Source: Octopus vulgaris (Eukaryota). From it: a stretch of DNA of 64,000 nucleotides. Made by a program: the position numbers and the translations under genes. The notes under the pieces were generated by a model, which was given only the letters and a program-made list of their open reading frames with translations, was not told the DNA's origin and did not search any database. Below, piece by piece: positions 43,569 to 54,640 of the stretch (the stretch's first letter is position 1; every line of letters begins with the position of its first letter). The stretch is from positions 36,208,001-36,272,000 of the forward strand of contig OX597822.1 in NCBI GenBank assembly GCA_951406725.2, given 5' to 3'.

Positions 43569-43967
43569 TGTAGTGACGCCATTTTGGAAGTCTTCAGTGC
43601 ACATGCACAGAGTTTGATTTCTTCCGGTAGGCTGCTGGAAGTTCCCTCATGTGCATGCACAGAGAACTAGCAACAGGAAGATTTCCCGCTGTATCGCTCT
43701 CTTTCGAAGCTGCAGCCGAATTGAATGGACGCATCCTCACGGCTCTCCCAAGCAAACCAACACGTGGCGAAGCTACTCTACGCTGGAACAAGACAGCATT
43801 TGGCTCACACAATTTAACAACTGTGACTAGCTCCCGATGGCTACCGGTTCGCCCTGAAGGAAATATATGTATATATATTATTGCGAATCCAGAAAAATAA
43901 ATATTATTTATGCTGTTGAAGATATTCGAAGTCTTGGTTTTCCTTCAACAAATAATTTAATGTAACA
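43569..43967 (+). mobile_element. Possible solo LTR
   Basis: TGTAGTGA...TGTAACA termini, GC-richer body, AATAAA near the 3' end; no clean 4-6 bp TSD. Confidence 0.4.
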
Positions 43968-44316
43968 GGATAAGACCTGCACCCCTCAAGTGTTCCAGAC
44001 CTTTCATCTTTGTTACAGATCTGATGTGAGTTATCTTGCTTGACTGTGACTTATTTTCAGCTGTTTTTTACACCAGGCACGTAGAAAATATATTTTCTTA
44101 TGCCTAAAAACTGCTGCTGACCCATGATCAAACAACACACACTCCTTGTGTATGTGTGTTCAATTTTGTTTATATACCTTGAGCTGCTTCTAATCCATAT
44201 ATATATATTTACTCTTTTACTTGTTTGAGTTATTTGACTGTGGTCATGCTGGAGCACCGCCTTTAGTGAAGTAAATCAACCCCAGGACTTATTCTTTGGA
44301 AGCCTAGTACTTATTC

Positions 44317-44590
44317 TGTAGTGAATGTGCGATTTGAATATAGAGGCACCTACCTTCTCTTCGTGGTGACGGAGATCCTCCAGAGATGACTGGTCCTTCC
44401 TCACCCTACCCGAACACTAACGATAGCAGCTGCTAACCCCAAACCCTTAGCGTCGTCCTCGCACGTCTTGTCACCAGCACGACCCACGTTGGAAAGGTCA
44501 ATTTCCGCCCCCTGCGCACGCTTGACAGCTGACCCCTTCCGCTTGCCCCAGCTTCCGGTCAACGCACCCCACTGCTGACGTCATCCCACA
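44317..44590 (-). repeat. 3' LTR (274 bp)
   Basis: Direct repeat of 48229-48516; preceded on the minus strand by a short purine-rich tract (AGGGTGGCG) at the PPT position. Confidence 0.95.
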
Positions 44591-44603
44591 CGCCACCCTG
44601 ATC

Positions 44604-47473
44604 TTAAAGATCACAATCTCTCCGCTCCATGTTGTAGTCTACCATCCAACCGGGAGAGCGCCTTACTCGTCAAGATCTTCTCAAGCTGGGCTCCTCATTC
44701 TCCCCCTCTCCCGAATCATCGTCCGTCGAAGCAACAATCCTGCGAAGGTCCAAGACATGTCGTGGTGTGCCATCTACGGATACGTTGCTTCTGGAATTGA
44801 TCACCGTCACCGTTCCTCTGCTCCATTGAGACGTACAGCGCGCCTTTGGTGGCTTGACCCAGACTTCCTCCCCTATTTTCACGCGAACGGGTCCCTTCTC
44901 TTCCTCGTGACCCTCCGGCGCTTTGCTCGGGTGCCTCCATTCATATTTGAACACAGCTCTCTGCAGCACAGATTCCTCAGCTTGTCCGGATCGGGGAGAC
45001 AAGTTGTACCAAAAAACTACTTCAAGCGGCGAAATGTGCCCTCTTTCCGCTATGGCCTTGACTGTCCGATGGTGCCTCTCCACGATCCCGTTACCGCCCG
45101 GCCTATACGCTGCTCTGAACAAGCGTCGCACGTTCCACCGATCAAGCATAACCCTCAATGCTTCCGAACGAAACGCCGCCCCGTTGTCCATCAGTAGTTC
45201 TTCCACGGGACCTCTCTCTAAAAATATCCCGTTCAGGATCTGCACGATCTCGTCAGCAATGCCCGATCTCAACTCCCTCCAAATGGCCAGCCGGCCCGGC
45301 CCACAGTCGACCATGGAGAGGTACATTCGCTGGCGGTAGTGTGTCACATCCACAGCTAGCCTTTTCCAGTTCTGCTCCACGGAAAGGCTTCCCTGTTCAT
45401 GCCCACACGGAGCAGGGTCGATGGACTGACACCTGTCGCAGCTCCCGACCACCTTCCGGACGCTTCTCCTGGTGACGTCAGCATCAATTTTTTTTGCCAG
45501 ATACAGGGTCCTGTCCACACCCAGGTGATGCATAGCGTGCAGTTTCTTCAGTTCAGAGTCATCCAACCGACACGCCGCAGCTATCCCTTTCCGGGCCTCC
45601 TCCGGTTCTTCCAACCACGCCTTTTCACCCTGGTCAGTACGTCCGCCTTGTTTTTCTCCGAAGGCACGAAAACCACGTTCAGCTTCAGTCCGAATTCGGC
45701 GATCAATTCACCTAGAACTCCTAGACGGCACTTCACTAACATCTCCGCAGCACCTTTCGTCCGCACTCTCCTGTCACCGGTGATCACCGATCCTACCCAG
45801 CCAAGCACAGTGGCCGAATCCGTCCGCATTTCAATCGTGCGCAGCCCCCATTTCAAGGCCAAGTTCACCCCTTTCAGCAGCGCATCTAATTCGGAGACAT
45901 TGATGTGGTTGAAATCATCTGCTTTCCGAAGCCAGGCCGCGTCCTCCACCGCAGTGCCTTCGATTGCCAACACCACCCCTATCGCTATACTGCTAGCATC
46001 ACACCAGACGGTCCCGCATTTCGTCTTGGGCACGTACCAGTTCCCCCTGACCGGGTCTTCCGCTCTTGTCCTCTCTAGGATCTCCTGCATCATCGCCACC
46101 GTCTCTTCTCCTACCTTGTCGCCCCACCTCTCTCCTTTTGCTCGTCTCTTGGTGTAGCTACACACCGTGCGCAGCCATCCAGCTATCGGGTAGTGACCGA
46201 CCAACTTCCCACACACCGAGAACAGCTCTCTCCTGCTGACGATGGAACTCAGCTCTGGGATTTCATTTCCTCTCCGGAACACCAATTCACCTGATCTATC
46301 TCTTCGCAGCTTCAGCCCCAGCGCGGCTCCCCCTTCAATCGACTCCGGTGGCTTAGCAATCAGTCCGAACTTCTCCAGATGTCTAACTACCTCGTCGGCT
46401 GGCACTACAGTTTCGTCCACCAAAATGTCGTCAATGTAGGAGCTGGTGGCCTTTCTAATCTTGCCGTCTTTCCCTAGGTCAGACCTAAGCACTGCCGCCA
46501 TGATCTTCGGAGCGGAATTCAGCCCGAAACCCAGCCTGGTTAGACAGTACGTCCGGCCCTTGTACCGCACCAGCTGATATCGCCATAGTTTGTCGCTCAC
46601 ATGGAGCTGCAAGTATGCCGATCTCAAGTCGACAATCGTCGCTGCCTCAGTCGACTGTCTCCACTTACATAATGCCTCACCACAAACGTCTGTCGCCTCA
46701 CCTCCCGTGTGACACGATATGTGCTGGTTTAGCTCCCTGAAGTCCAGCACCGGTCTGACTTTTCCCTTCGTAGGCTGCACCACCACCATCAGGGATAGTA
46801 CTCCGCCCGCTAGCTCCTCCTTCCAAGGGACAAGGACCCCTTTCTCGATCCACCTCTCCACCTCGTCTTCAAACTCAACCCTGGCGTGGCCTTTCAGGGT
46901 ATGCTGGTAACAGCTCACCCTGTTCTCCAGTGTCGGGGGCTCGTCCTTCCATTTCCACTCTATCGTCCACCGCTGACCATCGAACGCCGCCTGAAAGTCT
47001 TACTCCTCGATGGTGTAAGCGGCGCAGTCCCTCGCGGGGCTCTGCTCCCTCTGGCAATCCTGACTCGCAGTGCACGACGCCCCCACGCTTCCGAACGTGA
47101 CCTCATTTCTCACAACACTGACGCCACCGAGGCAGTTGATGGCATCCATCCCCATCACCACATCAACTCCATTTATCACGCGTTCGGCCACAATTGCCTG
47201 TAGCCTTAGCGTCGCGCCGCGCACCACTATCTCTACCTTGCTGCTGCCTCTGCAACGGATTTCGCTTCCGTCGACCACCCGGACACTACACACCCCGTTC
47301 CATTCCTTCGTCACCCTCGAAATCACCAGGGTGGTCATACAACCCGTATCCACAAGGGCCTTGAACGTCTCCCCTTCGGCCGCCACGTCAATCAATGGCA
47401 GCGTCTCCAATAGCGCCTCTACTCGTTTGAGGGGAAAGTTCGAGAGGCAGCAACTTCCCCGCGGTCGTTTCCC
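44604..47473 (-). pseudogene. pol: Pol polyprotein (protease, RT, RNase H, integrase) with stop at 47000-47002, a 1-bp frameshift near 45622 and a probable late stop at 44670-44672
   Basis: Protease ALVDTGC; RT IVDLRSAYLQL, LGFGL and YIDDILV; RNase H WCDAS and RTDSA; integrase HHCC zinc finger (HAMHHLG...CDRC) and DDE residues (LAVDVT, LMDNG, VERHHR). Confidence 0.93.
47413..47473 (-). promoter_or_regulatory. -1 programmed ribosomal frameshift signal (G GGA AAC slippery site plus H-type pseudoknot)
   Basis: Heptamer at 47473-47467 in gag frame X XXY YYZ; 6-nt spacer; stem 1 GGGGAAGTT/AACTTTCCCC (one bulge); loop GCCTCT pairs with downstream AGAGGC; pol is in the -1 frame. Confidence 0.85.
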
Positions 47474-48183
47474 TGGCCGCAATCACGGGCAATGTGCCCT
47501 GTCTGCCTGCATCGATAGCAAACGGGCCCCGGCTGCATACAGTCCCGCGCCATGTGCGGTCCCTGGCATCTAAAACACCGTCCTGAGAACGGCCGCTCTC
47601 GTTGCACAGTGAGCTTCTGTACCTCTTTCTCGGGACGTCGTCCGTCTTTACACGCCTCCGTCACCGCCATCGCTATCGCCTTCCGCCCAGAGTGTCTCGT
47701 CAACGTGCGAGCATGAGCTACAAGTTCGCTCAATGGCATCTTTTTGACCCCGGGCAGTCATTGTAGGTGAATCCCTACATCGTCGGGGAACCCATTCACG
47801 AATGCTAGTCGGGCTGCTCTCTCCAGTCCTTCTCCGGCAAACCCGGCCAGAGTCGCTAGCCTTCTAGCTTCCGATGCAAAATCATCCACCTGGCCACAAG
47901 TCCACCTGATTGCACCTAGCTTAGTGAAAGCTGTGTACTCGCATTCCGTGTATGTGTCACACAAGCGCCGCTCTATATTCTCATCGCAGAGCCGTTCCTC
48001 TTCATCCATCTCTAGGTAAAGCGACAACGCACTCCCTTCCAAATACAGCGCCATAAGACTCGCCACATCGCTTATGCCCTGCAGTCTCGCCACCAGCCTG
48101 ATTTTCCGAATCCAAGCCACTACATCGCCTTCGCCGTTAAAAGGTCTGACGACGTCACTGGCGATCCTAATTTTTGCAGACAT
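47419..48183 (-). pseudogene. gag: Gag with two zinc knuckles; premature TGA at 47758-47760
   Basis: ORFs 47758-48183 and 47419-47739 are in the same frame; knuckles CFRCQGPHMARDC and CYRCRQTGHIARDC. Confidence 0.9.
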
Positions 48184-48216
48184 CGTGTTGAAAAAAAATG
48201 AGAATGTTTACGAACT

Positions 48217-48228
48217 GCCGAAATAGCT
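48217..48228 (-). promoter_or_regulatory. Non-canonical primer-binding site complementary to tRNA-Phe nt 1-12
   Basis: Plus strand GCCGAAATAGCT directly abuts the LTR TG and equals the 5' 12 nt of metazoan tRNA-Phe(GAA); no TGG-type PBS present. Confidence 0.7.
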
Positions 48229-48516
48229 TGTAGTGAGTGTGCGATTTGAATATAGAGGCACCTACCTTCTCTTCGTGGTGACGGAGATCCTCCAGAGATG
48301 ACTGGTCCTTCCTCACCCTACCCGAACACTAACGATAGCAGCTGCTAGCCCCAAACCCTTAGCGTCGTCCTCGCACGTCTTGTCACCAGCATGACCCACG
48401 TTGGAAAGGTCAATTTCCGCCCCCTGCGCATGCTTGACAGCTGACCCCTTCCGCTTGCCCCAGCTTCCGGTCAACGCACCCCGCTGCTGACGTCCGGCTG
48501 CTGATGTCATCCCACA
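48229..48516 (-). repeat. 5' LTR (288 bp)
   Basis: Direct repeat of 44317-44590 with 5 transitions and a 14-bp indel; TG/CA termini. Confidence 0.95.
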
Positions 48517-48808
48517 TATTCTATCGGTCTCTTTTGCCAAACTGCTAAGTTACGGGGACGTAAACACACCAGCATCGGTTGTCAAGCGATGTTGGGGGGA
48601 CAAACACAGATGCACAAACATATAAACACATATATATATACATATATACGACGGGCTTCTTTCAGTTTCCGTCTACCAAACTCACAAGGCTTTGGTCAAA
48701 CCGAGGCTATAGTAGAAAACACTTGTCCAAGGTGTCACGCAGTGGGACTGAACCCTGAACCATGTGGTTCGTAAACAAGCTACTTACTACACAGCCACTC
48801 CTATGCCT
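48517..48808 (-). mobile_element. 5' part of the SINE interrupted by the Gypsy element (3' part at ~44212-44316)
   Basis: The two halves join seamlessly across the TATTC TSD. Confidence 0.9.
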
Positions 48809-49370
48809 ATATGATAAGCTTCTTTCCATTTCTGTCAACCAAATCCATACTAAAGGCATTAGTCGGCTCAGGGAATAGGGGTTATTGTAGAAGACAATTG
48901 CCCAAGGTGCCATGCAGTGTTATTGAACCTGGAATCAAGTGGTTGGGAAGCAAGCTTTTTAGCCACATAGCCTTGGTAATATATAAATATAGGAAGCTCA
49001 TACATATACATGAATGCATATATATCCATATATGTATGTGTAGACACACACACACATTTATGTACGGATGTGCATATATATAAGTATATACATATAAATA
49101 TATTTACACACAAAACATAAACATAATTATTTAATTATTTCATACACCTGGTGCTTGTGGGACTTTGGGGAGCACTAACCTAACTTCTATGCCCAACCCA
49201 CTCTTATACATTAAATAAATCTACCACAGCCCAAGAGATAATTTTATTTTCATTATAAGCAAAATGGGGGTTGCAAGATAATACTGCTCAATCTGTCCAT
49301 CTATCTATCTGTCCGGTTATCTGGCTGTTTGTTTGTCTAGTTGTCTGTTTGTCTGGCTGTCTGTTTGTCT

Positions 49371-49650
<280 letters not shown>

Positions 49651-50086
49651 ATCTATCAACCTATCTGTCTCTCTGGCTGTCCACCTGCCTACATGCCTGT
49701 CTGTTAGTGTTATCTATCTCGCAATCTATCCATCTATCTATCTAATTATGCAACATATGATTGATTGATTCTAGTTTCAGCTTATGAGCTGTGGCCATGC
49801 TGGGGCACCGCCATATATATAACCATTTTAAAATATTCTCATATGACATAAGATATATAATCTATTCACAAATATTTCTGTGAAAGCTTTGTCAGCAATT
49901 GTAATTCTTACACTTATCAGGTATTCTAATAATAGATAAAAGGGTTGCAATTCTTAATAAAAGCAAATAAAAGCACTTCATCTTACAGAAGCAAAGCTGT
50001 GTGCCAAGATCCTTAAAATTAGCATAGCTCAAAATAGTGGATATATAAATGAGATCACATCATAGGTGGTAGTAATGGAGACTATT

Positions 50087-50124
<38 letters not shown>

Positions 50125-51290
50125 ATATAAATAATATATAAATATATGCATATATACATACATATATGTACATACCTACATATATATATGTATATATACA
50201 TGCATATATGGGTACAGGACATCAAAAAAACGTCGAACACAATGAGAAACAAAAACATAAAAACAAAAACATAGAAATGAACTTTTTTTCCAAAGAACCA
50301 AACAACAAACAGCATAAAGAATATTCCCCTTCTTCAGTTGTCCCTGTTTCATTTACTCCGCATTTCGAAGGCAAGGACAATATGCGACTTTGTTGAAACA
50401 ATCCTTTCCGCAAAGCAAATTAAGTAAAATTTGGGATTTTTTGTGGAGGGCGAAAGTGGTAGCAAAAACAGAACAGTGAGAATAAAACAGTAAAAACAAA
50501 CAGTGAGGGCTGTTAAGCCAAGACGATAGAAAAATTATTATGAACGCTAGGAAAATGAGCTTATGAGAGGAGACAGTATAAGCACGTGTTGTCTTCAGGA
50601 AGGTAATGAGCAGAAAGATAGATTCTCTTTTGTTACGTGTCTGCGACAAGAGAGTCGAGGAAGAGGAGTGAGATATATATATATATATTGAGTTTGGAGG
50701 TGCAGGTATGGATATGTATTTAAGAAGTTTATTTCCAAATCACATGGTTTCAGGTTCGATTTCACTATGCAGCACCCTAAACAAGGGTCTTCTACTTCAG
50801 TCTGTTATTCTTAAGTTGTTTGACAAATACTTTTCAAACTGGATTTGATAGGCAAAAACTGTGCAGAAGTCCTTTGTACATATACACACACATGCACGCG
50901 CACACTCACGCACACATACACACACACACACACACATGCACACACACACACAAGCACACAAACACATGTCTGAGCCAGTTTCCTTAGTCAAGGGGTCTTG
51001 TTTTTGCAAGTTACTTGGTCAATTCACTACACTGGTAACATGAAAAAACACCTGTGAAGTGCTTGACATTAGGAAGAGTATCCAGCCATAGAAACTATGC
51101 CAAAAGAGACATTGGAAGCTTGACACAGTCTTTTGAACTATTGGATCTTGTCAAACCATCCAACCAATACTCTACCCAATATGGAATACGGCTGCTAAAT
51201 GATAATGACGAAAATGAAATGTGTGTGTGTGTGTATGTATATGTATGTATTTATATATGTATGTGTATGACATATTTTTTTCCATAACTG

Positions 51291-51387
51291 CCTACTCTGA
51301 AGAGTGAGGGGTTACATAACCAAGCTGTTATCCAACATCCTGTTGAGCCCTCAGTGCAAAACCAATTTGTGAGATTGGCCGTAAAGG
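51291..51387 (+). ncRNA. Degenerate type I hammerhead ribozyme with branched stem II
   Basis: CTGAAGA core; TGAGGG/CCCTCA stem with two sub-hairpins; CAAAA in place of CGAAA; stem III CCAATTT/AGATTGG; triplet mutated. Confidence 0.45.
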
Positions 51388-51599
51388 ATATATAATATTA
51401 TTCACTTCAATTAATATATTCATATATACACTAACTAATTTTTAAAGAGAAAATTGGTGGGAGTTGTGACATTTATGCTTTCCCATCATATTGAAATGCT
51501 CTTAGAAATGAAGTAAAAAATGCTTTACTATCTGCTACAGAGAATAATATTAAAATCCTTGGTTTCAGACTTAGTTTATTCAAAGATATTCATACGCTG

Positions 51600-51600
<1 letters not shown>

Positions 51601-51666
<66 letters not shown>

Positions 51667-51676
51667 TGTGTGTGTG
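51601..51676. repeat. (TG)n microsatellite
   Basis: Directly visible; also 59596-59706. Numerous (TA)n, (CA)n, (CT)n and (CAT)n tracts occur throughout. Confidence 0.95.
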
Positions 51677-51962
51677 CTCATACTATGATACATTAATATT
51701 TATTTATTCTATTTATTGACATAAACACAAGTTACATTTAAAGTGTCGTTTCTCTTGTTGAAGTTCTTCAGCTGTTCCAACCACCCAATGTATTCCTGTG
51801 GGAGAGAGAGGGGGGAGAGACAGGGAAGGGAGGAGAGAGAGAAAAAGGATGCATAACTGTGTGTGGAAGAGAAAGAGACAGAAAGAGAAAATATCTAAAC
51901 GTGAGAGAAAGAGTGAATAGAGGAGATATGTCAGTATGAGAAAAAAGAATGATGAAAGAGTA

Positions 51963-52009
<47 letters not shown>

Positions 52010-53589
52010 TTAAAGTGAGAGAGAGAGAAAGAAAGAGAGAGAGAATGAGAGTGAGAGAGAGAGAGAGAGAAAAAGAGAGAGTGAGAGAGAGAGAGAAAGA
52101 ATTTAGGACACTTCAGGTTAGCTTATATAAATATGGATGATTCAATTTACCTGAATGCAAACATGGCTTAAGCTTCACGTAGCAACTACATGATTTCAGG
52201 TTCAATCTCACCAAGTAGTACCTTGAGCTAGTCTTTTTACTACAACCTTAGTTTGACAAAAGTTTTTCAAGTGAAATTTTTTAGCAAACATTATGCAAGC
52301 TCATCAAGAGTATCGTTTGGGTTCTTGGGTCATTAATATAATCTTTTAACTGATTTAGCACCAGGCATTGAGTACCTTCAACAGAGTTTGTTCTGTTGCA
52401 TTAGAGTATTGTATAGATTGCCTTGTGATGTTTGTTGCAGCTCTCTGTACTATGAGTTCGTATCTCATTAAGTTCAACTTTGCCTTCCATCTTTCCTGGG
52501 TTGAAAAAAGAAAAACAATACCAATCTAGGGCAGTGGGTTGGCAAAATTGTTCAAGTGTTGGCAAGCTGGCAGAAACGTTAGCACGCTGGGCGAAATGCT
52601 TAGCGGTATTTTGTATGTCTTGACGTTCTGAGTTCAAATTCTGCCAAGGTCGACTTTGCCTTTCATCCTTACGGGGTCGATAAATTAAATACCAGTTACG
52701 CACTGGGATCGATGTAATCGACTTAATCCATTTGTCCTTGTTTGTCCCCTCTATGTTTAGCCCCTTGTGGGCAATAAAGAAATAAGAATTGTTCAAGTGT
52801 CAAAGATACTTTGCGGTTTATGTTCCAACTAGTCTTATTCTGATGGCAATGCCTGCAACAACAACCAGTACCAAGTTGTTCAGTTGCTACAGACCCTTCT
52901 TCAAACCTGCATCTTAGACCTTTATCATTCAGATCACTCTGTCAAATGTAATGTAATGTATGTATGTACAGATCTGTATGTTTTATGTATGTATTCTCAT
53001 GCATATAGTTGCATATCTAGATATGCTCATATATATTTAAATAATAAACTTCTGGAAAGTTTTACAGATTTTTGCAGTTCCAATGATGGATTGGATCTGT
53101 AGTCTTCGATGTATGTATGTATGTATGTATGTATGTATGTATGTATGTATATATGTATGTATGTATGCATGCATATTTGTATGTGTGTATGTATGTATAC
53201 ATGTAATTATGTATGTATGTATGTATGTAGAGATTTGTATGTTTTATGTATGTATCTATGCATGTATGTGAAGGCACATGCCCTAGTGTTTAGAGTGTTG
53301 CTCTCCTGATTGTTGGATCATGGCTTTGATTCTTGGAACAGATGTTGCCTTGTATTCTTGAGCAAAATATTTCATTTCACATTGCTCAGGTGTCAATTGG
53401 TAACCCTGCAACAGAATAGTCTTCTGATCAAGGGGACTGTTGGCCTACTCACCTAGCCAACAGGATGACATCATTTGAAGGCTATAACAATATGAAGCGC
53501 ATTGTAACTAGCAATGTATAACAATATCTGATAGTCTGGTCAGTACCATGACATATATATATTTAGATAATGATACCTATCACCAGTTT

Positions 53590-53655
53590 ATAGGGTTACC
53601 CAGGGTTTTCGATCCATAAAGCGATTAGCTTTACATGCATCTCATCAGACCCTAT
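53590..53655 (-). ncRNA. Type I hammerhead ribozyme
   Basis: Minus strand ATAGGGT-CTGATGA-GAT..GTAAAGC(TAATC)GCTTTAT..ATC-GAAA-ACCCTGGGT-A-ACCCTAT; 7-bp stem I, GUA triplet; one extra A after GAAA. Confidence 0.7.
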
Positions 53656-54227
53656 TGGCCGGTCATTAGAGTCTGATGAGACATGTAAAGTTAAGTGCTT
53701 TATGAACACAAAACCCTGGGTAACCCTATAAACCGGCCACAACTATCTTTATCATCTTTATCTAAATACTCTCCTGCTCTATAACTTAGCGTGTGCTTCT
53801 CTTTTGAATTTATGATTTACAGATGATATATATATATATATATACCATCCGAGCGTGATCGTGCTAAGAGCACCATCTGAATGTGATCATTGCCAGAGCA
53901 GCTAACTGGCTTCTGTGCCAGTGGCACGTAAAAAGCACCATTCGAGTGTGATCGTTACCAGTGTCACCTTACTGGCACGTGAAAAAACATTCAAGAGAGG
54001 TTGTTGCCAGTGCTGCTGGACTGGCTCCAGTGCAGGTGGAAAGTTAAAAAAACACCATTTGAGCATGGCCATTGCCAGTACCGCCTGACCGGCCCTCATG
54101 CCGGTGGCACGTAAAAACACCCGCTACACTCTTAGAGTGGTTGGCGTTAGGAAGGGCATCCAGCTATAGAAACTCTGCTAGATAAAGATTGGAGCCTGGT
54201 GCAGCCATCTGGTTCGCCAGTCCTCAG

Positions 54228-54640
54228 CCATGCTACACTGCAGTGAAACATGGGTTGTGACTGCTGAGGACATGTGCAGGTTTGAAAGAAATGAAGCTAG
54301 TATGCTCAACTGGATGTGTAATGTCAGTGTGCATACATGACAGAGTGTAAGCGCCCTGAAAGAGAAAAGTTGGACATAAGAAGCATCAGATGTGGTGTAC
54401 AAAAGAGACAACAATGCTGGTATGGCCATGTGTTGCGTATGAATGAGGACAGCTGTGTGAAGAAGTGTCACACCCTAATAGTTGCGGGAACCAGTGGAAG
54501 AGATAGACCTAGAAAGACATGAGATAAGGTGGTGAAGCATGACCATTGAACATTGGGCCTCACAGAGGCAATGACAAGTGACTGAGACCTTTGGAGATAT
54601 GCTGTGCTTGAGAAGACCCAACAAGCCAAGTGAGATCATA
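54228..54640 (+). mobile_element. RTE-clade LINE 3' fragment
   Basis: MLHCSETW...WYGHVLRMNED...GRDRPRKT motifs; related fragments at ~30560-30905 (-), 56215-56450 and 62565-62800. Confidence 0.85.

Larger units (their letters stand above)
44317..48516 (-). mobile_element. Full-length Ty3/Gypsy LTR retrotransposon (4200 bp), inactivated copy, inserted in a SINE
   Basis: Two TG...CA LTRs (44317-44590, 48229-48516); 5-bp TSD TATTC at 44312-44316 and 48517-48521; gag-PR-RT-RNaseH-IN domain order; GC-rich relative to flanks; flanks rejoin to the SINE sequence agcctagtacttattctatcggtctcttttgcc. Confidence 0.97.

Noticed and set aside
44757-47573. Plus-strand ORFs up to 252 aa overlapping the Gypsy pol
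   Set aside because: Antisense shadows of a GC-rich coding region; no recognisable motifs.
48229-48516. Tf1-like self-priming as the explanation for the missing TGG PBS
   Set aside because: No perfect complement of AGCTATTTCGGC was found in the LTR; only a gapped CCGGAAGCT near the U3 end, whereas tRNA-Phe nt 1-12 match exactly.
50320-50380. Minus-strand CGAAA and CTGAAGA motifs suggesting another hammerhead (similar weak case at ~51733-51765)
   Set aside because: Could not assemble stems I and III with a valid UH cleavage triplet.
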